A stretch of DNA of 64,000 bases from an uncultured Candidatus Saccharibacteria bacterium (GTDB lineage Bacteria > Patescibacteriota > SICC01). This document shows positions 8,552-17,896 of this stretch, one piece after another. The position numbers and the translations under genes are program-made. The stretch covers positions 1,351 to 65,350 of the forward strand of contig CAYZCS010000001.1 in the NCBI GenBank assembly GCA_964476895.1, given 5' to 3'. Position 1 is the first letter of the stretch. Every line of letters starts with the position of its first letter. The notes under the pieces were generated by a model. The model had not been told where the DNA came from. It searched no databases and saw nothing but the letters and a program-made list of their open reading frames with translations.

Positions 8552-9140
8552 AATGGTGCTGCCGGCGCCCCTTTCCGAAACAGCATTCGCCGCGGACGGC
8601 GAAGGACCAAGGTCGAAAAGAAGTGTTGGGGCTCCCCTGATGATCCGGGGAGCCCCGGCCCTACCTGTCTTGGGTGTGCCGGGCAGCAGGCTTGGCATCG
8701 CCGGTCTGAGCCTCTGGTACGAGCATTTGTTTTGATTTTTTCCCGTCAGAGGGCTCAGGCCGGTGATGCAAAGAGTTGCTGCCCGGCACGTGGTCAGGAC
8801 AAACGATGAATGGTTTCGAACACTTGGATTTTGGTTTGACGTTTTGGAAGTGGTGGACCGCCGTAACGGGCCACCGTTGGTTTTTGTTTGCGCAAACGTT
8901 CGTCTCGCTGACCGGGTGGGTGGGATCGGCACCCGCTCGAACAGCAGGGCGTCGAGCACCTTCTGGCTAGCGATAGTTGGTCGGTGAAGGTTGGTATTTT
9001 GTTTTCCTTCTCAGGAGGCGCTGCGCTTCTTGAGAAGATGCTCGAGTCCCCGCCGTTCAAGGCTGTGGTAGGACGCTGGTTGGTAAGGGAGCAAAAAACC
9101 CGATTGTTGGGGCCTCGGTGGGCCGCCGCTCAATCGGGAT
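8552..9140. ncRNA. Candidate large structured non-coding RNA (unrecognised family)
   Basis: At least eight hairpins plus long-range pairings. Nearly all non-Watson-Crick stem positions read as G-U on the + strand. No credible ORF. See findings. Confidence 0.6.
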
Positions 9141-9146
9141 TAAGTC

Positions 9147-9175
9147 AACCTATCATGCTGAACAAAGCCTGTCAA
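9147..9175 (-). promoter_or_regulatory. Sigma-70 promoter pointing into the structured region
   Basis: Minus strand: TTGACA, 17-nt spacer, TAGGTT, with an extended -10 TG. Confidence 0.65.
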
Positions 9176-9216
9176 CACCTTTTCAAAAAGTATGTTCAGG
9201 CCTGTTCCCAGGCACG

Positions 9217-9265
9217 AAAAAAGCAGCGCGGTTTCGCATGAAGCGAAACGGGTGCGCTGCCTTTT
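9217..9265. terminator. Probable bidirectional intrinsic terminator
   Basis: aaaaaa-gcagcgc-gtttcgc/gcgaaac-gcgctgc-ctttt. Confidence 0.7.
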
Positions 9266-9303
9266 CCGTTACGAGAACGGGTCGGTCCTCCTAACGATGG
9301 TGG

Positions 9304-9804
9304 TCATGCCGGGGCCGGATGCGGACGTGCCGTCGCCGGCGTGGCGGGGGCGGTAGTAATCACCTCCTCGGGTCTGTCCTCGGGCCAGAACTGCGCATCT
9401 TTGGCCGGGCGTATCCGCCGGTAGGGGCGGGGCCGGTCGAAGACCGCCTTGCACTGGGTGCGCCATTCCTCACTGGAGTCGATCGCGCGAAGCGGGACGT
9501 GCATGCACGTCCGGATCCGTCGCGCGTTGCCCGGGTAGCCGGTCTTCGAACTGAAGACCACGAACTGGCAGGTTCCCCGCCGCTGTCGTCTGAGCGGCAG
9601 GAAATACGTCGGGTAGGTACGGTGCGCCTCCAGCAAGGCACGGTACTTCTTGCGTGCGCAGGTACGTCGCTGGCGACGGCCTCGGACCTGGTCCAATCGC
9701 TTGTCCCAGTAGGCCGCCTCCCGCAGCAGCGCGGCCAGCTCCGGCGGAATCTCCGGATGCCAGCCCACCACCTTGGTTCCCTGCACGAAAGCCGGATGGC
9801 TCAA
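9304..9804 (-). CDS. Hypothetical basic (Arg-rich) protein (166 aa)
   Basis: TTG start with an AAGGGGAG RBS, boxA-like GTACTTTCGAAAA in the leader, followed by a terminator. Confidence 0.6.
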   Translation of the reverse strand: MSHPAFVQGTKVVGWHPEIPPELAALLREAAYWDKRLDQVRGRRQRRTCARKKYRALLEAHRTYPTYFLPLRRQRRGTCQFVVFSSKTGYPGNARRIRTCMHVPLRAIDSSEEWRTQCKAVFDRPRPYRRIRPAKDAQFWPEDRPEEVITTAPATPATARPHPAPA

Positions 9805-10007
9805 GGAGCGCTCCCCTTGGTTGACGTTGCCGTTGCGTTTTTTGCCAGCCCCCGACTGGCGTCGCCTGGTTTTCGAAAGTACTGAAAAACCGCCCTCAGG
9901 CGGTGTGCCCGTGCGAAAGAATCCCTTGTCCTTCGCGTCGGTTTTCGACGGTGTCAGCTACCATCCATTCCATCATACGAGCGGACACGGACCTTCCGCA
10001 AGCGGCC

Positions 10008-11054
10008 TTACCGTTTGACGGCCGGCTCGTCGATTGCTTCCGTGGTCTTCTCGGCCGATTCCGTGAAAGCCCTGAGTTTCCGTTTGGCTTCTTTCGTATC
10101 GGCAGGCAGCGTGCCGGCGTGGTCGATCTTACCCTTGAGCCGCTCGAAGTCCTTCCCGACCACGTCTCCCGTGTTCCGGGCGTTGCCGAGATGCTTGAAG
10201 AGCAGCGACAGGCTGCCGCCGAGCTTCCCCGAATCCTGCTGGATCGCCCGGAGTTCGCTCAGCACTTCCTTGGCCCGCGCCTCGATCTGCTCGCCCTCGA
10301 AACTCTTCAGTACCAGCTGCAGGAACAGGTAGAAGTTGTTCGGCGAGACCAGGATCACGTGGTTGGCCGCGGCGTGGTCGTAGAGGTCCGTCGTCGAGTA
10401 GATCTCATGGAAGACCGCTTCGCCAGGCACGTACATGAAGGCGTAGTCCACCGTGTCCTCGCCGGGGAGGATGTACTTCTTGGAGATGTCGTCGATGTGC
10501 TTCCGGACCTGCTTGTGGAATTCGCGCAGCACCGGCTCGCGCGCGTCCTCCGGGAGCTTCTGCGCCGCGAGGTACTTTTCCAGCGGGAACTTCGAGTCGA
10601 TCGGGATCATCCCGCTCGACGTGAACACCACCGCGTCCACCTTCTCACCGCTCTTGAAGCCGTACTGCAGCTTGAACTTGGCCTTCGGCAGGCATTCGGA
10701 GAGGATGTCCTTCATCAGCGATTCGCCGACGTTGCCGCGCATCTTGGGAGACCGGAACACCTCCCGCATCTCTTCGATCGACTGCCCCATCTTCTGGATC
10801 CGGCCGACCTCCTGGTTCAGCGACGAGATCACCTTGGCGGCGTTGTCGAGCCGTTCGCCGATCTGCCGGGTCGCTTCCTGCGAACTCCGACTGGCGTGCC
10901 GCTGGTCCTCCTTGAAGTCCTTGAGCCACTCCAGGAGCGCCGTCTGGTCGCCCTGGGCCGCGCGCTCACGGCGCTGCCGGAGCAGTTCGTAGTAGACGGC
11001 GGCGATCCCTACGACGATCGTGACGGCTACGGTCACTAAGATAGCAGTAGTCAT
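10008..11054 (-). CDS. rmuC: RmuC-family DNA recombination protein
   Basis: N-terminal TM helix, KMRGNVGE, IPIDSKFPL, KYILPGEDTVDYAFMYVPGE, VILVSP. Confidence 0.92.
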   Translation of the reverse strand: MTTAILVTVAVTIVVGIAAVYYELLRQRRERAAQGDQTALLEWLKDFKEDQRHASRSSQEATRQIGERLDNAAKVISSLNQEVGRIQKMGQSIEEMREVFRSPKMRGNVGESLMKDILSECLPKAKFKLQYGFKSGEKVDAVVFTSSGMIPIDSKFPLEKYLAAQKLPEDAREPVLREFHKQVRKHIDDISKKYILPGEDTVDYAFMYVPGEAVFHEIYSTTDLYDHAAANHVILVSPNNFYLFLQLVLKSFEGEQIEARAKEVLSELRAIQQDSGKLGGSLSLLFKHLGNARNTGDVVGKDFERLKGKIDHAGTLPADTKEAKRKLRAFTESAEKTTEAIDEPAVKR

Positions 11055-11106
11055 ATGTATACTATACGGTTACGCGGGGCTTCGTGCCACCCCTCCGCTT
11101 CCCAGC

Positions 11107-11853
11107 CTACAACAGGTCGTCCGCCGATGAGATGACCCGCGGCTCGGTGATGTCGTAGACCACGTCCTTGCGCTCCAGGACCACCCGCCAGCCGGCTGCC
11201 TGGGCCTTCTCGAGCAGCTTCCGGTTGGGATTGAAGGCGATCGGATGCTCCACCAGCTCGAGGAAGCCTACGTCCCCTTCCGTATCCCCGATGCCGAACG
11301 AATCGTCGAGCGTGAACTCGCCGTGCTCGGAGAGGAAGTAGCGGACCACCGCCGCCTTGTCGTAGTACGGCTGCAGGCCCACCGGCTTCCCAGTGAACCG
11401 GCCGCCTTTCACCTCCTGCTTCGAACCGTAGATGTAGTCGAACTTAAGGAAGCGGTTGTAGAGCTTGAGCGCCGGCATCAGCATGCCGGAGACCGCGACG
11501 AGCGCGTATCCGCGGGCCCGGAGCTTCTCCAGCAGGTCGTGGGTGAACCGATACTGCCGGTCCTTGAGACGCCCGATCACCCCCTCGGCAAGCGCCGTGA
11601 ATTCCTGCTCCGACACCCCGGCCAGGTCGTGTTCGATCAGCCGGACGAGCTTGTCGTTGTACTGCTCGAAGCTGCCCTGCCGGTCCTTCCAGGCGTTCTG
11701 GGCCGCGACCAGGTCGGCGTACGCCGATTCCGGCAACATGTCGACGGAGATCATATGGTCGACGATCTCCATCATCACCGCCGAGCGGAACAGCGTACCG
11801 TCGATGTCGAAGATCGCGAGCGGTCGTTTATCGTGGGTGTGTTCGGTCGGCAT
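11107..11853 (-). CDS. HAD-IB (SerB-like) phosphatase
   Basis: FDIDGTL, AVSG, K, GDTEGD motifs. Confidence 0.9.
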   Translation of the reverse strand: MPTEHTHDKRPLAIFDIDGTLFRSAVMMEIVDHMISVDMLPESAYADLVAAQNAWKDRQGSFEQYNDKLVRLIEHDLAGVSEQEFTALAEGVIGRLKDRQYRFTHDLLEKLRARGYALVAVSGMLMPALKLYNRFLKFDYIYGSKQEVKGGRFTGKPVGLQPYYDKAAVVRYFLSEHGEFTLDDSFGIGDTEGDVGFLELVEHPIAFNPNRKLLEKAQAAGWRVVLERKDVVYDITEPRVISSADDLL

Positions 11854-11859
11854 GGCGGT

Positions 11860-14760
11860 TCAGGACTCCGTGCGGTGTTTCGGCCGGTGGCCCGGACAGT
11901 CGGCGAACGGGCTGCACTCGTGCGCGGTCCGTGCCGGCAGGAACTCGCCTTTCCGGATCGCCGCGGCCGTCTCGATGATCTTCTCACGCATCGCGGAGAG
12001 CTGCCGGGCCGTGGGCGTGGCCACGGCCGACACGCCGGTCTCCACGAAGTTCAGGACGATCTGCTCCGGCGGCTCGCCGTGCTCCTCTTGGTACGCCAGC
12101 GCATAGATCTGGAGCTGCTTGGCCAACGCGCTCTGCTTGATCTTCCGTTCGGCTTCAGCGGCGGTGCGCACCGATTCGCTGGTCTTGTAGTCGACGATCG
12201 TCGGCCTGCCGTGGTGGATGTCGATCCGGTCGAGACGTCCGGTCACCACGCAGCCGGGCAATGCCATCTTGAACGGATACTCCACTTTCGTCGGCGCCTC
12301 GCGCTTCGCTTCCTCGGCGAAGAACCGCTTGATGGCATCCGTACCTTTGGCGAGCGCCCGCTCCCGCTGCCCCGGCCGTTCCTCGGGCAGCGTCCCGATG
12401 CCCCGGGTGAACCAGTCGAGGCTTTCCTTGAGGCTCGGCTTCCGCTCCTCCAGCTTGGCGCGGTTGATGCGCTCGATCACCCGGTGGACCAGGTTCCCGT
12501 ATTCCGGCGCGAACGCCCGTTCATCCGGAAACTTCGCCACATGCATCCAGTAATACTTGAGCGGACACTCCCAGTAGTCACGCAGTCGGGAATAGGACAG
12601 CCGGAGGACCTCATCGTTGGCGACGGGACTGCTGATCGCGGTCACGGGCGTGGACTGGGCCAACGCCCGCCAGGGATCCTTCGGCGCGTCCGGAAGCGTC
12701 GTCGCGATGTCGTCCCCAAGCGCCTCGGTGACGAACGGGCTGGTCCGCCAGGCCCGCGCGGACTGGTAATCGCTGGATGCGGTCAGGTAGCAGAACCGCT
12801 TCGCCCGGGTGATCGCCACGTAGCAGAGCCGGCGCTCCTCACGCTCGTGGGACGCGCTGTCCGCTTCCCGCCCGATCACCGGATCGATCGCGAGCTGGTC
12901 GCTCCGCCGGTTCTGCGGGAACTTCCCTTTCACCATCCCGGCGACCGCCACGACTTCGAACTCCAGCCCCTTGGCGCCGTGCGCGGTAAGGATCCGGACG
13001 GCGTCGTATTCGCCGTCGAACTCGGCGGCGACCGATTCGTCGGACAGCGCGGCGATGTCGGCGTAGTGCCGGGCCCAGCCGGTGACGCTCGGGTCTTCGG
13101 CCGTCGCCGCGTACTGCCGGAGCCGCGCGAAGAGCTTGCCGATGTTCTCGACCGGCTGCTCGTCGCCGCCGGCGCGGAGCCGCTCGGCGTATCCTGCTTC
13201 CGCCAGCCAGTCATAGAGCAACTCGTCCACCGGCCGTTCGCGGGCCCGGCGCGCGTACGTCCGGATGTCGTCCAGGAGCTTCCTGACCTGCGGAACGTCC
13301 TTCGCCTGACGGTCCAGCAGTTCCCAGAGCGGCTTATGGAACCGCTTCATCTGTGCCGCGGCGGCGAACAACGTATCCAGCGGCACGTCGTAGATCGGGC
13401 TGGCCGCCAGGTGCTTGAGCGCCGGCGAGTCGTGGGGGTCGGCGACTGCCAGCAGGAAGTTCACGCAGAGCTTCACCTCCGGTTGCCCGTAGAGCCGACC
13501 GCTCCCTTCCGCGCGGTACGGAACTCCGGCGGATGCCAGCGCCCGGGCGAAGTACGGCCCGAGCTTCTTCTGCCGGACCAGCACCGCCATCTCCTGCCAC
13601 GGGACGCCCTGCTCATGGTGTTTCCGGAACCGCGCCGCCACGGCTTCCGCTTCGTCGGTGACGGTCGCGAACCGCAGGAACTGCGGCTCGGCGGCCTCCT
13701 GCACCGCCGCGGCGGTCAGGCGCTTGTCGAACCCGTCCTGCGTCTCCAGCCGGTCGGGATTGTGCCGAACCAACCGGTAGGCGGCATCGAGGATCGGTTG
13801 GGAACTCCGGTAGTTCTCGGTCAGCACGATCCGTGCCGGCCGCTCATGCGCCTGCTCGAACCGCTGGATGTTCCCGATGTCGGCGCCCTGGAAGCCGTAG
13901 ATGCTCTGGTCGTCGTCGCCGACCACGGTAAGGTTGCCGTCCGGGCCCGCGATCTCGTCCACCAGCGCCGCCTGGGCCGGATTGGTGTCCTGGTATTCGT
14001 CGACGAGGATCCAGCGGAAGACCTTCCGGAGCCGTGCCCGGATCTCCGGCTTGTCCCGGAGCAGCCGGAGCGGCATCTGGACCTGGTCGCCGTAATCGAT
14101 CAGGTAGTGTTCCCGCTTGAGCCGTTCGTACGCCGCGAACGCTCCCGCCACCTCCCGATGGCGCGCGAGCTTCCGTTCCGCATCGGAGCGCTCATCGGGA
14201 TCGGCGAGCTTCTTCACCCGGGCCGTCTCCCGCTTCGTCCACTTCGCGTAATCTTCCGGGGTCAGGTCCTCCGCCTTGGCGCGGTTAATCGCTCCGGCGA
14301 TCTCCTTCAGGTACGCCGCCGGACGCCCGCGCGGAGAAAGGACTTCCAGGCCGAGCTCCTCGAGATGGTCTTCCAGGAAGATCACCTGCTCCGCCTCGCC
14401 GAGCAGCTGGTAGGTCGGCGGGAGCCCCAGTTCGAAGGAGTATTCACGGAGCAGCGCGTCGCCGAAGGCGTGGAACGTCTGGATGTGCTCCGGCAATGCC
14501 GACAGCCCGAGTCCGATCAGACGGTCGAGCATCTCGCCGGCCGCCTTTTCCGTGAACGTGATCGCGAGGATCTCGTTCGCCGGCACGCCGCGCTCCTCGA
14601 CCAGGTGCGCGATCCGCCTGGTGATCACGTTGGTCTTGCCGGTCCCCGCCCCGGCCACGATCAGGAGCGGCCCCTCGCCGTGGGTGACGGCCCGGGCCTG
14701 GGCCTCGTTCAGGCCGGTGCGCGGCTTCGGCTGCTTCGGTTCGGTGGAGGCAGGGTTCAC
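11860..14760 (-). CDS. UvrD/PcrA-family ATP-dependent helicase fused to a C-terminal PD-(D/E)xK (RecB/AdnB-like) nuclease
   Basis: AGAGTGKT, VDEYQD, GDDDQSIY, NYRS, HGAKGLEF, ERRLCYVAITRA; C-terminus LSYS...CP, GRLDRID, VDYKT, QLQIY. Confidence 0.93.
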   Translation of the reverse strand: MNPASTEPKQPKPRTGLNEAQARAVTHGEGPLLIVAGAGTGKTNVITRRIAHLVEERGVPANEILAITFTEKAAGEMLDRLIGLGLSALPEHIQTFHAFGDALLREYSFELGLPPTYQLLGEAEQVIFLEDHLEELGLEVLSPRGRPAAYLKEIAGAINRAKAEDLTPEDYAKWTKRETARVKKLADPDERSDAERKLARHREVAGAFAAYERLKREHYLIDYGDQVQMPLRLLRDKPEIRARLRKVFRWILVDEYQDTNPAQAALVDEIAGPDGNLTVVGDDDQSIYGFQGADIGNIQRFEQAHERPARIVLTENYRSSQPILDAAYRLVRHNPDRLETQDGFDKRLTAAAVQEAAEPQFLRFATVTDEAEAVAARFRKHHEQGVPWQEMAVLVRQKKLGPYFARALASAGVPYRAEGSGRLYGQPEVKLCVNFLLAVADPHDSPALKHLAASPIYDVPLDTLFAAAAQMKRFHKPLWELLDRQAKDVPQVRKLLDDIRTYARRARERPVDELLYDWLAEAGYAERLRAGGDEQPVENIGKLFARLRQYAATAEDPSVTGWARHYADIAALSDESVAAEFDGEYDAVRILTAHGAKGLEFEVVAVAGMVKGKFPQNRRSDQLAIDPVIGREADSASHEREERRLCYVAITRAKRFCYLTASSDYQSARAWRTSPFVTEALGDDIATTLPDAPKDPWRALAQSTPVTAISSPVANDEVLRLSYSRLRDYWECPLKYYWMHVAKFPDERAFAPEYGNLVHRVIERINRAKLEERKPSLKESLDWFTRGIGTLPEERPGQRERALAKGTDAIKRFFAEEAKREAPTKVEYPFKMALPGCVVTGRLDRIDIHHGRPTIVDYKTSESVRTAAEAERKIKQSALAKQLQIYALAYQEEHGEPPEQIVLNFVETGVSAVATPTARQLSAMREKIIETAAAIRKGEFLPARTAHECSPFADCPGHRPKHRTES

Positions 14761-14814
14761 CTCACCATTGTACCGAAGTGCCCCTGCGGCGGTGGAACCG
14801 TGACAGCGGAATCG

Positions 14815-15474
14815 TTAGAGCGTCCGGAAGCTGTCCTTGAAGGACCGTTTGGCCGCCGCGGTCGCTTCGGCATACGTGAAGTCCTTGTAATCCCCGACCG
14901 TACCGTCCGCGAAGACGACGACGTACGCGAATCCGCCCGCTTCCTCAAGCAGGCTGTCCGGATTGCCGATCGCGTGGCCGGAAGCCCTGGCGTCGTCGTA
15001 CTTGTCGATCGGAATCTTGCCGATCGTCGCGACCTCGGCGTACTTGGTCTCCTTGTTGATCAGGAAGAACGTCACGGAATTGGTGCTGATGCCGACGTTG
15101 CTTGCCTCCCGGTACCGCCACTTGCCGACCCACTCCTCGGGCACGTCCACGGCGAACCCGAGGTTCGCGCTGGAGTACGTCGCCGTCTGGGCGGCCGGCG
15201 CGTCACCCTCCTGGGTCTGCGGCGCGGCACTGGCCAGCGGTTCGGGGCTCGGTTGCGCGCCGAGCCGTTTCTTGAGCCGCTTGATCTCATCCTCCTGCTC
15301 GGCCAGCTGCTCTGCCGCGGACTGGCTTGCCACGATCCAGCCGCCGAAGCCGGCGCCGGCCGTCAGGAACAGGCCGATCAGGACGGTCAACAGGAGGGGT
15401 GATGCACCGCGCTGGCCGGAGACCGTCCCGCGGAAGCGGGAACGGCGGATTCGTTGGGAACGTCTAAGGCTCAT
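14815..15474 (-). CDS. Membrane-anchored/exported hypothetical protein
   Basis: Basic N-terminus ending QRG-ASPLLL (resembles a prepilin-type cleavage site), TM helix, coiled coil, globular C-terminal domain. Confidence 0.7.
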   Translation of the reverse strand: MSLRRSQRIRRSRFRGTVSGQRGASPLLLTVLIGLFLTAGAGFGGWIVASQSAAEQLAEQEDEIKRLKKRLGAQPSPEPLASAAPQTQEGDAPAAQTATYSSANLGFAVDVPEEWVGKWRYREASNVGISTNSVTFFLINKETKYAEVATIGKIPIDKYDDARASGHAIGNPDSLLEEAGGFAYVVVFADGTVGDYKDFTYAEATAAAKRSFKDSFRTL

Positions 15475-15540
15475 ATGTCTATCGGTGTTCGATGCGAATG
15501 CTACCCCGGCCGACGGCCGGCTGCAATCGGCCGGCCGTGG

Positions 15541-16296
15541 TCACTCGAACAATCCGCCGCCGCGGTCGCCGGAGGCACGACGGCCCTTCCCGCCACCCGG
15601 GCCGCGGGCCGACCGTTCCGGATCGCGGACGTACCGCACCCCTTGCCGGGTCGTGCGATGGAGCACCGCGTACGCGGCGCCCGCCGCCGCGGCCAGCGTG
15701 GCCAGGACGATCAGGCTGAAGAGGACGATGCCCCGCACCCGCTCGAACTCGGTTCCGAGGACGGCGCCTACGTACTCGGATAGCCCCGGGCTGAGCGCAC
15801 CGAGCCCGATGATCGCACAGATCGCGACGAACGCGGCGAGCCCGGCCCGAAGGTCCTGGAGGCTCGGCGCCATCGCCGCGGTGATCGCCGAGGCCAGGTA
15901 CGCGAAGACGAAGAACTGCCAGGAAGAGATGGAAAGCTCGCCGAAGCCGACGAAGCCCGGCACCAGCGCCAGGGCCAGGAGGTACACCGCGATCGCCGCG
16001 CCGAGGATCGGTGCCACGCTGATGATCCCGTCGCCGAGCGGTGCCCGCGGTTCCTCATGCACCACCGCCCCGCCCCGCGCGTCGAACACCCGGACTTGCC
16101 GGATCCGCGCGCCGGTCAGGATGCAGGCCAGCGCGTGCGAATACTCGTGGATGATCACGCCCGGCGCGATCAGGAACCGGTACGTCCGCCCGACGAACAC
16201 CCGCGCCAGGAACCAGTTCGCGGCATACGACAAGACCAGCACGGCCACCAGCAGGCCGAGCAGCTGGACCCCTGGATTGGTTGTGAGTGCTTCCAT
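15541..16296 (-). CDS. M50-like intramembrane metallopeptidase
   Basis: PGVIIHEYSHALAC (HExxH), ISVAP and APSLQD within a multi-TM protein. Confidence 0.8.
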   Translation of the reverse strand: MEALTTNPGVQLLGLLVAVLVLSYAANWFLARVFVGRTYRFLIAPGVIIHEYSHALACILTGARIRQVRVFDARGGAVVHEEPRAPLGDGIISVAPILGAAIAVYLLALALVPGFVGFGELSISSWQFFVFAYLASAITAAMAPSLQDLRAGLAAFVAICAIIGLGALSPGLSEYVGAVLGTEFERVRGIVLFSLIVLATLAAAAGAAYAVLHRTTRQGVRYVRDPERSARGPGGGKGRRASGDRGGGLFE

Positions 16297-16323
16297 TGTG
16301 TCTAGTGGTCTGACCGGACGCGG

Positions 16324-17784
16324 TCAGATCCAGCTCTTGAGCCACATCCGCCGGCCGTAGTCCGTAGCGTCGAGCCCGACTCCGGTCCAGACCGGATAGA
16401 AGTAGACGAACGCCAGCAGCGCCAGAGCCAGGAACGCCACGCTCTGTTTCTTTCCCCACCGCCAGCGGGGCACGTTCGTCCCCGCCCACGCCAGTGTCGC
16501 GCCGCCAGCCAGGAGCGTCCCGACCGTGAACCAGGTGACGTCCCCGCCGAACGCCGAGCGGAGGAACAATCCACCGAGCACGCCGTTCGCCGCGATCAGC
16601 CCGAGCCAGACCAGCGACTGCGGCCACGGGTCCTTCGGCCGCCACTGCCAGCTCTGGCCGAGCGCGTATGCCAGCGCCAGGATCACGAACGGCAGCGCCC
16701 CCGCGTAGTGGTAGATGAAGAGTACCCGATCGATCAGCGCCCACGGCGCGTAGTGCGCCAGGATCGCGAAGAGAATGAAGGCCAGGACCAGGCTCCGCCG
16801 CCGGACCAGCTGCACGGCCGCGAAGATCGCGGCCAGCAGCCCGCCCCACCAGACGACAGGGTTCCCCATCGCGATGATGCCCTGCCACTGCCCCTCGACG
16901 ACCTTGAAGTAGTACGCCACCGGACGGATCATCGCCGGCCAGGTGAACCAGTCCGAACCGTACGGATGCGTGGCGTCCAGGTTGTGGTGGTAGTTCCAGA
17001 TCTGCTTGTGGATGCCGGCGGCGTTCTCGCCGGTCGAATCGAACGGCACGTGGATCGCGAAGATCGCCGTGTAGATGATCACCGGCGCGACCACCAGCCA
17101 CGCGACGTAGTGCTCCGCCCGGAAGAGGTTTTCCTTCCGGACACCGAGCGCGGCCAGGAGCCGGTCGCCGGAGCGGACCTTGAAGATCCTCCGAAGTCGA
17201 CGGCGGTCGCGGAACGCGTACACCAGGAGCAAGCCGAACGCCGGCGCGATGAACGCCAACGTGATCCACTTGAGCGAGAGCCCGAGCCCGAACGCCACGC
17301 CCGTCGCGACCAGCCAGCGGTACGCGGCCCGGCGGGTCTTCGCCTGGAGGCTCGCCAGGAACAGGAAGTAGGTCAGGACGTTGAAGAAGACGACGAAGCC
17401 GTCCAGCACGGCCGTCCGCGATTCTACGAGCAGGAAGCCGTCGAGCAGCGCGAGCACGCCGGCGAACGCCGGGACCAGCACGCCACCGAAGATCCGTTTG
17501 GCGAGCAGGTAGAGCAGCGGGACCACCGCCGCGCCGAACAGCGCCGGTGCGAACCGCCAGCCGAAGGAGTCGTTGCCGAAGAGCCACTGCCCGCCGGCGA
17601 TCAGGAACTTACCGAGCGGCGGCTCCGCGTCGAAGAACGGCGTCGCGGTCAGGTAGTTCTGCGCGAAGACCGCGAAGTACGTCTCGTCGAAGATGATCTC
17701 GCCGGGGTGGCCGAGGTTCACGAACCGGAGCAGCAACGCGGCGAGCGTCAGCCCGCCGAGGATCCACCAGTCACGGCGTGTCAT
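16324..17784 (-). CDS. Dolichyl/polyprenyl-phosphate-mannose:protein mannosyltransferase (PMT, GT39-like)
   Basis: IFDETY, EPPLGK, GWRF, ESRTAVLD, HPYGSDWFTWP, GNP; many TM helices. Confidence 0.9.
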   Translation of the reverse strand: MTRRDWWILGGLTLAALLLRFVNLGHPGEIIFDETYFAVFAQNYLTATPFFDAEPPLGKFLIAGGQWLFGNDSFGWRFAPALFGAAVVPLLYLLAKRIFGGVLVPAFAGVLALLDGFLLVESRTAVLDGFVVFFNVLTYFLFLASLQAKTRRAAYRWLVATGVAFGLGLSLKWITLAFIAPAFGLLLVYAFRDRRRLRRIFKVRSGDRLLAALGVRKENLFRAEHYVAWLVVAPVIIYTAIFAIHVPFDSTGENAAGIHKQIWNYHHNLDATHPYGSDWFTWPAMIRPVAYYFKVVEGQWQGIIAMGNPVVWWGGLLAAIFAAVQLVRRRSLVLAFILFAILAHYAPWALIDRVLFIYHYAGALPFVILALAYALGQSWQWRPKDPWPQSLVWLGLIAANGVLGGLFLRSAFGGDVTWFTVGTLLAGGATLAWAGTNVPRWRWGKKQSVAFLALALLAFVYFYPVWTGVGLDATDYGRRMWLKSWI

Positions 17785-17896
17785 GGTCCTCACCACTCCA
17801 GCGTAGCACTGTTATCTGCCGCGGCAGCGGCCCCGGGTCCGGCCTTCCCGTCCCCGTGTGTCCGTCGGAACGGAAATCGCTATACTGTAATCCGTT

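Noticed and set aside
8552-9140. RNase P RNA, SRP RNA, 6S RNA, group II intron or retron ncRNA as the identity of the structured region
   Set aside because: No P4 or SRP domain IV signature, no intron domain V and no adjacent reverse transcriptase; too long and branched for 6S. A very divergent member cannot be excluded without cmscan.
8447-9241. Short ORFs across the structured region
   Set aside because: No RBS or leaderless promoter, atypical composition, and mutual overlap in several frames.
11245-15402. 1385-aa plus-strand ORF (and similar long ORFs such as 21293-22945, 55571-57016, 17771-19627)
   Set aside because: Antisense shadows of well-supported genes (helicase, argS, ligD, PP2C-like); stop-free reverse frames are expected in GC-rich coding DNA.
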